Made by a program: the position numbers and the translations under genes. The notes under the pieces are model-generated. The model had not been told where the DNA came from. It did not search any database and saw only the letters and a program-made list of their open reading frames with translations. A stretch of 63,266 bases of DNA, counting the filler, from Choristocarpus tenellus KU-1152 (Eukaryota; Protista; Phaeophyceae), in NCBI GenBank assembly GCA_964200185.2. It is 14 parts of 14 records of this genome, joined end to end, with 100 filler letters (N's around TTAATTAATTAA, not from the genome) between each part and the next. Parts side by side here need not be neighbours in the genome. Positions count along the whole stretch, not along the records: positions 21,972 to 28,823 come from CAXNAD020007216.1; positions 28,924 to 32,275 come from CAXNAD020020607.1; positions 32,376 to 34,937 come from CAXNAD020026758.1; positions 35,038 to 40,377 come from CAXNAD020011097.1; 10 more parts are not named here. The stretch is one strand, 5' to 3'. Each line of letters begins with the position of its first letter. Within the stretch, counting starts at the first letter, position 1. This document shows, piece after piece, positions 24,340 through 35,742 of this stretch.

Positions 24340-25125
24340 GGAAGGAAAGCTCCTCACTAGCCCTAGCACGCCACCTGAGTCAGTGTGGACAAGGGGCAAA
24401 TGTATGGGCCTCAATACAACCCCTGGAGCCAGCATGCCAGTTCCCCTCCACAGAGTTTAAACTCACCGCCAGCAGATCCCTGGGGAGGGAGGAGGCCCAA
24501 TCAAACAGGTACCTAGTGACCGGGTGCAGGAACAAAATGTTGACACCAGACATGCCCGACCTGCCCCAGGGTAGGAGGCCAGGTTCGCCAACACACCCCT
24601 ACTATGGTGAAACATCCCAGTCAACTTTGCAAGGGAATGGACATCCCTTGCACTATGGAGGACGGTAGCCCTTTCACAGTGGACAGAAATTTCCGCATGG
24701 ATCTGGTCTTCCATGCAGGGGCCCTTGCGGATGCCAGATCAGCCCCCTCTATCGGCACAAAGGCCTCCTGCTAGGTGTTATGTTTGCAGAAGTGCAGGCA
24801 ACCTCCCGCATTCCCCACTCATCCACCAACAATGGTGTAGCTGCTGCTGCAGCTGAGGCACGAAAGCGCACCCACTACGAGGGCTCTTTTGACCCTCGTA
24901 GTTATAACCTCAACACCTTCACCGTGAAAGTTTTGGGCACCTCCGCAAGCAAGCAGAAAATTTTCTGGATGAGCTAGGTACGCATGTGGTAGGGGGGAGA
25001 GGGACAGGAGGTTATAACAGGAAGGAGCTGTCAAGTCCCGTCTACGATAGATAGTTTCTGTCACAACACAGGTAGCCCTATCCAGATGGGCCATGCGCTT
25101 TAAGCTGGAGACTTCAGGGAGATGA
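24340..25125 (+). mobile_element. CRE-like non-LTR retrotransposon relic (C-terminal restriction-like endonuclease region)
   Basis: Across frameshifts: FPSTEFKLTASRSLG..C..HAR, PFTVDRNFRMDLVF, AAAAAEARKRTHY, TFTVESFG..AENFLDEL, IVSVTTQVA. This is the RLE-type (R-x-D ... E-xx-K-xx-Y ... E-S-x-G) motif order. Confidence 0.7.
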
Positions 25126-25229
25126 TCAAGGAGGGGCTTGTTAAATTCGTGGGATGCCTCCCTAACCCCTCGCCCTGGAGTACAGGACTATACTAGGTTA
25201 GAGGCACAGGAAGGGAATGGTGTAGCTAG

Positions 25230-25905
25230 CATATCTGGTAGTAAAATAGCGAATAGATTAAAGTTTTTCACATTTATTACAACATTTACTTTTTTAGGGT
25301 TCATTCTGACATGTGAATAGTTTTTGTTGATTTTGCCCCTGACACATCTGGAAAATGTCAGAGCATAATAATAAAATAAGAGACAGCCTGCTTTCCTCAC
25401 CCCTTGAATTTGTAATGCAGTTTTCGGGGATGACAAATGGCTGATGGGCCAATAACCCTCAGGTTTAAACAAAGACGACTCATTAGCTGGAAAGAGACCA
25501 TAGACATAAAACACATACAATTTTCTGTAAGGTGGGGGATGATGCGTGTGTGGCACTCGAGCTTCCTTCACCCCATGCACGACACATAGTTGAGGGCATC
25601 AATGTAACATTGTCTAGACATTTTATTTCTTTAGGACTAACAACGACATATATATAGTTTTCATTGGTTTCCCCCCTGACACATCTGCAAAATGTCAGAG
25701 GACATAATAATAAAATATGATGGATGACTTGGTTGGGTGTCATTGATTCAATCGATATTATATTATTATGCCCTTTGGCATTTTGTAGATGTGTCAGGGG
25801 GGAAACCAATGAAAATTATACATATTGTCAGTATAATAAGCCCCAAAGAAAAAAAATGTCATAAATGTGAAAAACCCTAGTTCATTTTGTTACTTCACGA
25901 CTATG
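25230..25905. mobile_element. Foldback/long-TIR non-autonomous element
   Basis: Arm cccctgacacatctgNaaaatgtcagag..cataataataaaata at ~25336 and ~25673 (direct) and inverted at ~25761-25803. Outer gtttttcacatttat at 25263 pairs with ataaatgtgaaaaac at 25861. The same arm occurs at 6626-6660. Confidence 0.6.
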
Positions 25906-26306
25906 TTGATATCATGTCGTGGTCAAAACTCAGATAAAGGAAGAAGTTGGCAATAATAATGACTGTTGTTGACAAAATAATATCTTTTATTTGCTTGTGA
26001 AAGGAATCGTTTTACTTTTGTTGTATTCTTGTAATGATGGGTACTATTTTACCACTATACTTACTATTAACAACCCTCCGTTTTCACACACTCTTTTGTT
26101 GTACTATATAATTAGTTGAGGATTTGTCAGTATGGGTACTGGCTCCTCGCGCGTAAAAAGGACACGCCTTTTCCATTTCTCAAGTTAGAGTAGTAGTACT
26201 GTTGTGGAGGACAAACTTGTGTAAGTAGGTCTTGAATAGGACTAGAGCCCTAGTTGTAGAAGTAGTGAAGTAGTAGTTGGATCCCTGGAGTTCCAAGGCT
26301 GGTACT

Positions 26307-28360
26307 ATGGTGGTTGATAAAGAGGCACCGGCTGCCGAGTCGCTCTGGCAGTCAATGCTTCGAGATGCGATGCGCAAGAATCGCCTCCCAGACGGCACTG
26401 TTGTATTCGTGGGACCAAAGGGAAGCGGCAAGTCGACCCTCCTGGACACCTTTCAGGGATCCTCCGGCTTCTATAATTCGGTTGCCAAGGACACTCCAGA
26501 GGGGGGTCAGGCTGACCTCGAAAGACAGGCAGCTGTTGCTGCTGGGGTACAGCAGTTATCGACACTATCCAGGAACTTTCACCCGGTCTTGGCCTATTCT
26601 TACTTTGACGCAGTGGACCCGAACGAGCAAGTAGCTGAGAGAGATGATTCTCCAAGTCGCGTAGGAGTGTGGTGCTGTAGTGAGATGGAGTTCGAGACGT
26701 TAATGGGCACGGTTCTTCAACCTGAAGGCCTTCAACATACAATAGCTATGATTGGGCTGGACCTTTCGAGACCATGGGAATTGATCGAGGCACTGGAGAC
26801 GGTGAGGATTTTTTCAGTTTCAAGAATTGAGTTGCAAGGGTGAGGGGTTTCTACGCATTGGTACCTGCAGAAGTTGACATTATCACGTTTAGGTCACACT
26901 TGTCCGACTACTTGAATGAGGAACTGCCTTGCTTACCGACACTTCACCATTCCACCGCTTGACTGGCTTATCCTCGTCAACGCCAACCTTCCTCTCCAAG
27001 TGGACCAAAGTACTGGAGTCACACTTCATCGCCCTACTCCAGCAACTATCGGTCGGGGCTCAAGATGATCTGCGTGATAGGGTGAAGAAGAGTCTGCGGG
27101 TGAATGGGGCTGGGGGTGGGAGTGGCGACGATGCGCCCCAGCTTGAAGACGTCGTACTGGAGAGGAACCTTGGGGTGCCTCTTGTGGTTGTGTGCTGTAA
27201 GGCAGACACTCTCCAAAACGAGACCTTTGAACAGCAGCAGCGCCTACACTACATTCAGCAGCACCTAAGGAGGTTCTGTCTTCGATGTAAGTAAACAAAC
27301 AAGTGGGTGGGAACTGACCACATTTCTATTTTTGGCTTTTTAGTATGTGCTGGCAAGAATAAACTCAACGCAAGTCGTTGCTGCCTGTCCCTACATATGG
27401 GGTATTGTGTAGAAGACTGGTCCCACTTGAAATAGGTCATTCCCATCCCCCTGATTGACTTGGCTCCAGATGGGGCTGCATTGGTGTACACCTCAGCCAA
27501 GGAAGGTGTAAATTGTGTGCAGCTGCAGAGATATATGCTGAGCCAGCTATACCCAGGGGTTTTTACATTTACGGAACAGGGACAGGTGAGGTGTTATGAC
27601 ATGATTGACCACCCATGGGATCATGGTTGCAATTTTTCATTCACCTACCAATTATTTATCTTCTCAGCAAAGACGTACACATTCCTCACATTATCTGCTT
27701 TTTTGACTAGCCTGGTGGGTGTAGCGTTAGTCTCTGCAGCCTTGTGTTTTAGGCCAAAGGCCGAATGTCATTGGCAATTGAAGGATCTGTGCAACTTAGC
27801 GCAGACCTCACTCCTCAGTAGTACACCTTTCTTAGTTGTCATGTCGCAATCCATTCTCTGATTTTTAAACTCAAATGCATGTACGCTATTCAGAGCCTCA
27901 TCACCTCTCCAGACTACTAACAATTTACTCAAAACAACCTCTACAAAAGGTCACAGATGCAGCTTTTATCCCAAGTGGATGGGATTCAAAACGTCTCATA
28001 GATGACTTGCTTGCTGAGGATAAAACTCCATGGGGGCGAGGAAAGGACTTTGCGGATGTTATCAGCCCTCTATCAGGACGGCGGGGGTCAGGGTTAGCAA
28101 GTGGTGGTGGTGGTGGTGGTGGTGGTGGAGATGGTTTGGGAGGAGGCCAAGGCCTGGGTAGGGAGTACGAGGAGGATGAGGATGAGGTCGATCCAGAACA
28201 GAAGTGGTTGGGTGAGCTGAGTAAGGCTTTCGCTGCAGACGGAAAAGGTCGCAAGATGTCCACTTCTGTGCTTCCTTCTGCTACTTTCCTTCCCTCCTCT
28301 TCGTCTGCTGCGTCTACCTCCACTACAGCTCCTGCTTCAAGTAAAGGAAGAAAAGAGAAG
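26307..28360 (+). CDS. DYNC1LI: Cytoplasmic dynein 1 light intermediate chain (exons 26307-26801, 27001-27286, 27470-27585, 27950-28360; 3' end missing)
   Basis: ESLWQSML, P-loop GPKGSGKST, LAYSYFD, LDLSRPW, NLGVPLVVVCCKAD, YIQQHLRRFCLRYGAALVYTS, AFIPSGWDS. All introns GT-AG with matching phases. Confidence 0.93.
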
Positions 28361-29079
28361 GTGGGTTGGCAAAGGCAGAGTGGGTGACGGGGAGCGGACA
28401 AACATGGGGCTGAGTCATACGTACATGGAGTTACTATGAAGGGATTTGTATGCGTGGAAATAGACAGTGCGGTTTATGCACTTCTTTCTACTGCCTTTAT
28501 TCCTCTGATGGCATTGAGGTGATGCTGCTGGGTACTTCTGGTCTGGTGTGTTTACCCTCACGTTTTCCTTGCCTGCGTAGCTCTCGAGTGCAGAGTATTG
28601 ATAGTGAAATTGCATCAATTTTTAGTTCACAGCAACATCATTGCAATTTAAGCTAGAATTTTGTGATATGGGGCGTAAGCTACATGTACTTTTGTGAGAA
28701 GGTCACTCCTGCTGGCTTGCGACATGCGGGGGGGGGGGGGGGGGGTTTTTTTGTGTTTTTTCGGAGGGAGGGTGGTTTTCGTCTTAAGTGGGAAGACTAA
28801 GTAAACATCGCGCTTGTTTGTTTNNNNNNNNNNNNNNNNNNNNNNNNNNNNNNNNNNNNNNNNNNNNTTAATTAATTAANNNNNNNNNNNNNNNNNNNNN
28901 NNNNNNNNNNNNNNNNNNNNNNNTCTACAGACACCAAGCAATCTCGCCGGGTTTATCACCTTTATCCTCTTTGATGATTTTGGGGATACTTTAACATATT
29001 TTACACCTCAAATGTGTTGTTCCACTTTGTCATACTGTTGGCACACATCAGCAATCCAACACTATTCTAACTCCTCTCG

Positions 29080-32000
29080 CGTGCTCAATGTGTGTTATCT
29101 CGCCACGTAGGAATTCCTGGGTATGTTGAAAATGAACCTTTAACTAGTATTACTGTTGATACTGCTACTGACATTCCAGTAATATCACTCAGATACATTG
29201 AAGCCCACCCAACACTTTGCAAGGCACCCATTCGGGAGATTCCAGCAGGCGCTCTGAATTTAAAAGGAGCAGGTGGTAGACCTCTCTCTGTAACTGGTTT
29301 AATTCAATTTACACTACAACTTGGTGACATATCAATGCTTGTCCGAGCAGTGGTCATACCTAATCTAGGAGTATATTAGAATTTGTTGGATAACAGCATT
29401 ATGTCGTCATTTGGGGCAGTGCTAGATTGGGATAGAGAGGAGATGTCGTTTAAAGACAGTGATCAATGCATCCCAGCAAAAGACAAAATCGTACCCCTTC
29501 CCATCTGTTCCCCCCCAAGAGATTTTTTGTCAGACTGAAAATGTATCTCATGTTTCAATTTCAGTAATCACATCTGAATTTACTACACCAGTGCACACAG
29601 TAAAAAATATACTCCATCCCCCTGGTACGGAAACACTTGTTCCAGTTTGTTCTCAGGCACTTCGAGGAACAACTACCGATGCAGTGCAGACCTCCAGCAT
29701 GAGGACGACATACATCCCCACTGGCAACATATAATGGTCAGTCAAACCCTCACTGTTCGGGAAGAAGATGGAGGATGTCTAGTCAAAATTGTCAATTTGT
29801 AAACAAAAAGGGATCAAGTTACCAGCAGGGTTTGTAGTTGGTCATGTTTCCCCTGTATCAAAAACATATACCTTGTCAGACACCACAGTAAGTGCAGTTG
29901 CAGCCACACCATCTACCCCTGAAGAACTGAAACAGGCTAGGGAGGAATTGAAGTTGGTTTTTTCTAAGAAGGCTTTTACAAATACTCAACTGACACAATC
30001 TGAACAAGAGGAATTACTAGATATAGTGGCTAATTTCAGACCAGTCGTTTCATTATCCGAAAAAGAATTAGGTTGCTGTACCACTATTTCTGTTAACTTT
30101 CCACAGACCCTAAACCTGTTAGTAGACCACCGTATCGCGCGGCACCAAGAATAAGCGACACTATTCAACCATGCGTAACTGATATGGAGAATCAGGGTAT
30201 TATAAAACTCTCATCTAGGCCATGGGCATCCCCTGTTACCATTGTTGCCAAACCAGATGGATCACCTCGATTCCGTGTGGATTTTAGAGGAACCATAAAT
30301 AAACATTTGATACGTAATTCATGGCCTTTGCCATCCATGGATGAGTGCTTATCCACGCTGGGGGGTTCAAAATATTTATCTTGTTTCGATATTCAATCAG
30401 CACACTGGCAACTACCGATCACTGATGAATGCGAACGACAAAAAGCTGTCTTCATCACGCCGCATGGGAAATATGAGTTTCAGAGGTTACCATTTGGAGT
30501 ACAAAATGCAAAGTGGATCTTCCAACGATTTATGTCTGAAACCTTTTCCAGTATCGGTCCTAGCTCAGGGTTGTTGATATATTTAGACGATATTGTTTTA
30601 GCCTCTCCATCATGGTCACATCATAAACAGTTGATCAACTACAGTTTTATCAATGTTACAAGATGTAGGGATTACGTTAAAGCCGTCCAAGGCTCAATTT
30701 GGCTCAAAAAAATCCATTATGTTAGCCCACAAGGAATTGCTGTATCCCAAGCTCGTGTTGAAGCTATATTAGAGATGCATCCTCTTCAAACTGTGAAAGG
30801 CTTACAATCGTTTTTAGGTTCAATGAATTTTGTTACGAAGTATATTCCCCACCTAGCAACTGCAACAGAACCGTTGGTTGAATTAATTCGCCATACACAG
30901 AAAGGAAAGTCACACAAAGAGACCACCTCAGTAAAACGAGCAAAGAAAGACCACAAGGATATCTCATCTAGATGGAATCGACCGCAGCAGACTGCTTTTG
31001 ACGAATGCAACGACTGTTATCTAAGGCTCCAGTACTACACTTTCCTGATTTTTCTAAGGATTTTTTTATTCATGTAGATGCCAGTAGTGTTGGGACAGGG
31101 GTGTTTTTAGCACATAAAAATGATGATGACAATTTTAGTATAATTGCGTACCATAGTGCCTTACTTTCCCCCTCCCAACGTAAATATTCTGCAACACAAA
31201 AAGAGTGCCTTGCAGTTATTCTGGCAATCCAACATTGGAGACCATATATTTGGGGTAAACATTTCACAGTTATTACTGATCATTCAGACTTACGGTGGCT
31301 GCATACAATGCAAGATACGTCCAATCTGTTAACTCGATGGGCCTTAGCTTTGCAAAGTTTTGATTTTACCGTCCTTCATAAGCCTGGCAGATTACATTAC
31401 ATCCCAGATATGTTGTCACATCCTCAACTGGAAGAATTTTGTAAACATGAATCTGAAACAGGACCCCTAAGTCCTATATGTCGAAATGTGTGTACAAAAA
31501 CCACTGATGCAAGTTCTTAAGCAAGTAAGGTATACCCTGCCTATGAATTGTCTGTGGATCGACGAGGTGAAATTACTAAAGTGGCAAATGACTCTGAGCT
31601 CTTTGCAGCTCCATCAATGTGTTTCCTGTAATTGATACGGAAGTTCTAGCCAAGGCCCAACATGAGCAGTATGAAGCTTATTTTCAATACCTGGCAGACC
31701 CCAGTAAAACAGCATTACCCAGTAAGGAAACGGTCTACACAATGTCACATTTTTTCACTCAAGAACGAGAAAATAGACTTTTACTCTACCGGTCGTATCA
31801 ACCTGGTCACCTTCAAAAAAACGGAGAATTTCGAGATCAGTTCGTAGCCCCAACAGAGGTTCAGGGTTTAATTTTACACGCCCTACATGACCATAAAGCC
31901 GCCGGCCATCTTGCTTTCAAGCACACCTTTGACCGAGTTCGCGATAGATTTTGGTGGCCAAACTTACATAAAGATGTGAGGGAGTGGTGCGAACCTTGCC

Positions 32001-32275
32001 AGTCCTGTCAAAGGCGTAAGACCTCACACAATCTAACCCCATTACCGACAGGACATATGCCTGTCATGCGTCCATTTCAACGACTTGCTATTGACCTAGC
32101 TAAATATAAGACCACGTCAGACAGAGCAAAATATGTGCTGTCCGCTGTAGACTATCTTACAAGATTCGCAATCTTGGTTGGTATTGCAAATAAGCAAGAA
32201 AAAATCGTGGCTAAAGCTCTCGTCGACCGTATTTTTTCCATCTTTGGTCCTCCTAAACACTCCACTCTGACCAAG
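29080..32275 (+). mobile_element. Ty3/Gypsy pol relic (PR-RT-RNase H-IN), multiple frameshifts
   Basis: VDTAT (PR); WASPVTIVAKPDGSPRFRVDFR, LPFGVQNA, IYLDD (RT); HVDASSVG, YSATQKECLA, VITDHSDL, HKPGRLH (RH); HDHKAAGH..FWWPNL..CQSCQ, LAIDL (IN). Confidence 0.95.
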
Positions 32276-32436
32276 NNNNNNNNNNNNNNNNNNNNNNNNN
32301 NNNNNNNNNNNNNNNNNNNTTAATTAATTAANNNNNNNNNNNNNNNNNNNNNNNNNNNNNNNNNNNNNNNNNNNNCCTCTTTCCAAGCAAAAAAAGGCGC
32401 GCGTAAACCCGGGGCGGAAGGGGGGGGGGGGGCAAC

Positions 32437-32467
<31 letters not shown>

Positions 32468-32704
32468 ATAGGCCCACTACCACCCTACCACAGCACCGTA
32501 CGCGAATCAGGGGTTGCCAAGAAGAGGGACAAGGTACAAACAATCACCAAATATTGCTGGGGTGACCTACCGATAAGACACACACACACACACACAAAAA
32601 AAAGAAAAAAAAGAAGAAAAAAACGCGCTTGGAAGAGTACGCCCGTCCATGGACAAGAGCTTCTGTCAGCGAATGAGAAACGCCACTGACAACGGGCCGG
32701 CTAC

Positions 32705-32979
32705 CTGTCCTTATCCCACCTACGACCACCAACCAGCTCCCCTCCCCCCCCCCGCCTCCTAAGGTCACCAATTTCACTCATCTTGCTCTCTAGTCTACGT
32801 AGTCCAGCATCAAAACGACCCATCTTGCCATCCTGCAATTGACCCCCCAGCCCCCTACCCGAACCCAATCCGGTGTCCATGTCCTCGTCGTCCCAGCTCT
32901 CAAGTCTCCCCCGGCCTGCTGACCTGTGTGTCCGTTGCGAGTCCCTAGTGCGGTCTGCCCCCCTCCCCCCAGACCCACG
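32705..32979 (-). CDS. Probable internal exon of an unidentified Gly/Arg-rich protein
   Basis: Open GC-rich frame RGSGGRGADR..FDAGLRRLESKMSEIGDL bounded by AAG| and |GTAG. No recognisable domain. Confidence 0.35.
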
Positions 32980-33260
32980 CTTAAAGTAAACTGGAGAGGA
33001 AAAAACATCAACCGTGAGAGGAAGGGGCACAGATGGAGATGGGGAGGGGTGTGTGGCGAGGGGACATGAGTTTAAAAGTGGTGAGCACTCAACATGCACA
33101 GATACCATCTCTCCTCCAAACCCAATTCATTCCAGTATCCCACAACCAACTCAGGGACACATGAAACAGAACAAACGTTTCGTCCAATAAAACCGTTCTT
33201 TGTCACTCTCCATTCAAATCTCTCTTTTGAAAACCATCTCCTGTTTTAGTACTCCATATT

Positions 33261-33502
33261 GAGCCAAAGCATCTTAGAGGGTAGGACTGCGTCCATTTGG
33301 GGACCATCATCCAATGTTCCAATTTTGATGTAATTTTGGCTGTCATGTTTTAAGAAGTGTCAGTATCCTTGTTCCAGACACACCATTTTGTAACGTGTAC
33401 ATTTTACCTACTCCAAAACATTTTGGAGTAGGAAAATGTCATAAAAAACCCATGGGAAGCTACGTCCCAAATGGACAAACAGGGCAAAACTCGTACTCAC
33501 TC
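33261..33502 (+). mobile_element. MITE family A copy with a deletion in the right TIR
   Basis: Starts GAGCCAAAGCATCTTAGAGGGTA and ends CGTAC-TCACTC. Flanked by TATT on both sides. Confidence 0.85.
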
Positions 33503-34721
33503 TATTCCTTCATCTAGCCTCCCCCCCCCCCTCCCCTTAACTAGAGCAACAGGGAGAAGGCGTTGCCACATTCAATAATCCCATCTCCCAAACCCATATT
33601 GAAGCTGTTGGCGACTGTAAGATGCATGTGGGGGTTTCAAAGCTTCCGTGACTCTAATGTCAAGGTAGACATACTCTACAAGGGACCCCCACACCTGTCC
33701 ACCAAGAGTCAAGAGCTAACCGTCTTGAGGAACAGGATTCAAGCCTCAGACTGTATGGGATAGAACTCCCCCCTGCTGCCCACCCCCACCCCCCAATAAC
33801 AAAACCCAAAACTATTCTGCATCTCATCCCTTTCCGAGAAAGAGTGTTCCAATCAACACTCTTCCTAGTGCCAGGTGAGAGTACACTACAATAAAAAAGC
33901 ATAAATTTATATCTGTAATAGTATGGCAGTGTATTGTATCATTGTACTGTATTGCCGTATCATGTGGATTACACAGTGCAGAGAGGCTTGACAACTCATC
34001 AGAGGTTGGGGGGAGGGGGGGGGATGACCTCATTGTGGGATATTGTCTGGAGTAGAGGGTGGATACATTAAGAGGTCAAATTGGTAGAAAAAGAAAAGGT
34101 CAACCACAATAACAATAATAGTAATAATAACATCAACAATACTAATAATAACATTAATAACAATACTAATAATAACATTAACAACAACAATAGATGAAAG
34201 TCGCAATTGACCTCCGTTTTTGATGTCCAAGCCCTACAAACGCCAAAGGCGCATAGGCTATTATATAACACATTATGAGCTGAGGAAAAAGAGCGTTGAC
34301 AAAAATCATGAAGGGGACCACCAAAAGGCCGAGGGCATGCACAACCCTGACTGGAAATCAAGGCTGGGACAATACTGGCACAAGACACACACCATGGCGG
34401 ATATTTACGGGGCAACTCCAAAGGCTCCTACCTCAAAAGTACTCCATACTGGCGAGGGACAAGGTGGTACGAAAGGGGAGACATGGTGACACTGCTTAGT
34501 GGAAGCAAACACTTTTCTACAGTACATGTTCTCTACAAAAAGCACTCCCAGACGTATGTGTGATGAAAGAATTTGACACGATACTACCCTGGCCAGAGTT
34601 ACCTCTCAGAGATATTGTGCACACACTCAGTAGACTATGATCCCTCCAACCACTGTTCTGCACCAACGTACCCAACTGCTATTTTGCACACAATGTTCAA
34701 AGACCCGGTCTCAACAAAAAC

Positions 34722-34756
<35 letters not shown>

Positions 34757-35253
34757 CACAAGCGTGTGCGTGCAAACATTGCCCCAAACATGGCATGCAC
34801 TGATTTGAGGCAGTGGAACCAACAACCTACTTCACATCACAACCGCTGTTCACGAGACTCTTCAGAAATTTCCTGGAACTTTTCTTCACTCCCCCCCCCC
34901 CCCCCCCCCCCACAAAAAAAGAAACTTTGTTTTTTCCNNNNNNNNNNNNNNNNNNNNNNNNNNNNNNNNNNNNNNNNNNNNTTAATTAATTAANNNNNNN
35001 NNNNNNNNNNNNNNNNNNNNNNNNNNNNNNNNNNNNNCCCCCCCCCCCCCAGATATTTTGGGTCTCTACCACATTGATTCAAGGGATACGTTGAAGAAAA
35101 TCAACAACAGCAATACCTACATATTTTAAATTAAGAGTCCCCACAGAGAAGTGGAGACAGCAGAAACCAAGTGATCAATTTGCTTTGCCTGGCTTCTAGC
35201 TGCACTATATTTAGCTGGTGTAAGGTTGCGGGTGTGCTTGGTTGGACTGCAAA

Positions 35254-35513
35254 GAGTGATATTATCTTAGAGGGTAGAGCTGTGTCCGTTTGGGGACCAA
35301 AATCCAATTTTTCGATTTTGATGTAATTTTGTCTATCATATTTGTTACGAAGTGTCAATATCCTTGTTCCGGACACACCTTTCCATAACGTATACATTTT
35401 ACCTGCTCCAAAACATTTTGGAGTAGGAAAAATTTCATAAAACACCCGTGGGAAGCCAAGTCCCAAACGGACCAGCAGGGCAAAAGTCGTACCCTCTAAG
35501 ATACTTTTCAATC
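35254..35513 (+). mobile_element. MITE family A copy (no clear TSD)
   Basis: TATCTTAGAGGGTA ... TACCCTCTAAGATACTT, with the internal sequence matching the other copies. Confidence 0.85.
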
Positions 35514-35742
35514 TGAACGAGGAACTGTGAACTCTGACTGGACTATACGGTTCTAGTGCAGCAGGACCTTATTGTTAAATTTTTCTCTGGGAGAGTTGAA
35601 AAGTGAGTTGAGCCACTGCTCTTTCAAGTCGCGAGAAGGTCTTGACCCTAACTCCCATGCTGTATCCCCCCCTCCCTTGTCCATTAAATTGTAAAATCCC
35701 ATCATACACAACCACCAACCCTACAAGATCTTCTCAGTGCAG

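Noticed and set aside
34200-34500. RecQ RQC-like or LINE-like coding fragment
   Set aside because: The resemblance is fragmentary and spread over frames, so it cannot be assigned.
35131-35511. ORFs read through MITE copies (also 36788-37150, 40118-40306, part of 4446-4772)
   Set aside because: These are chance open frames in a non-coding repeat and are not conserved in frame between copies.
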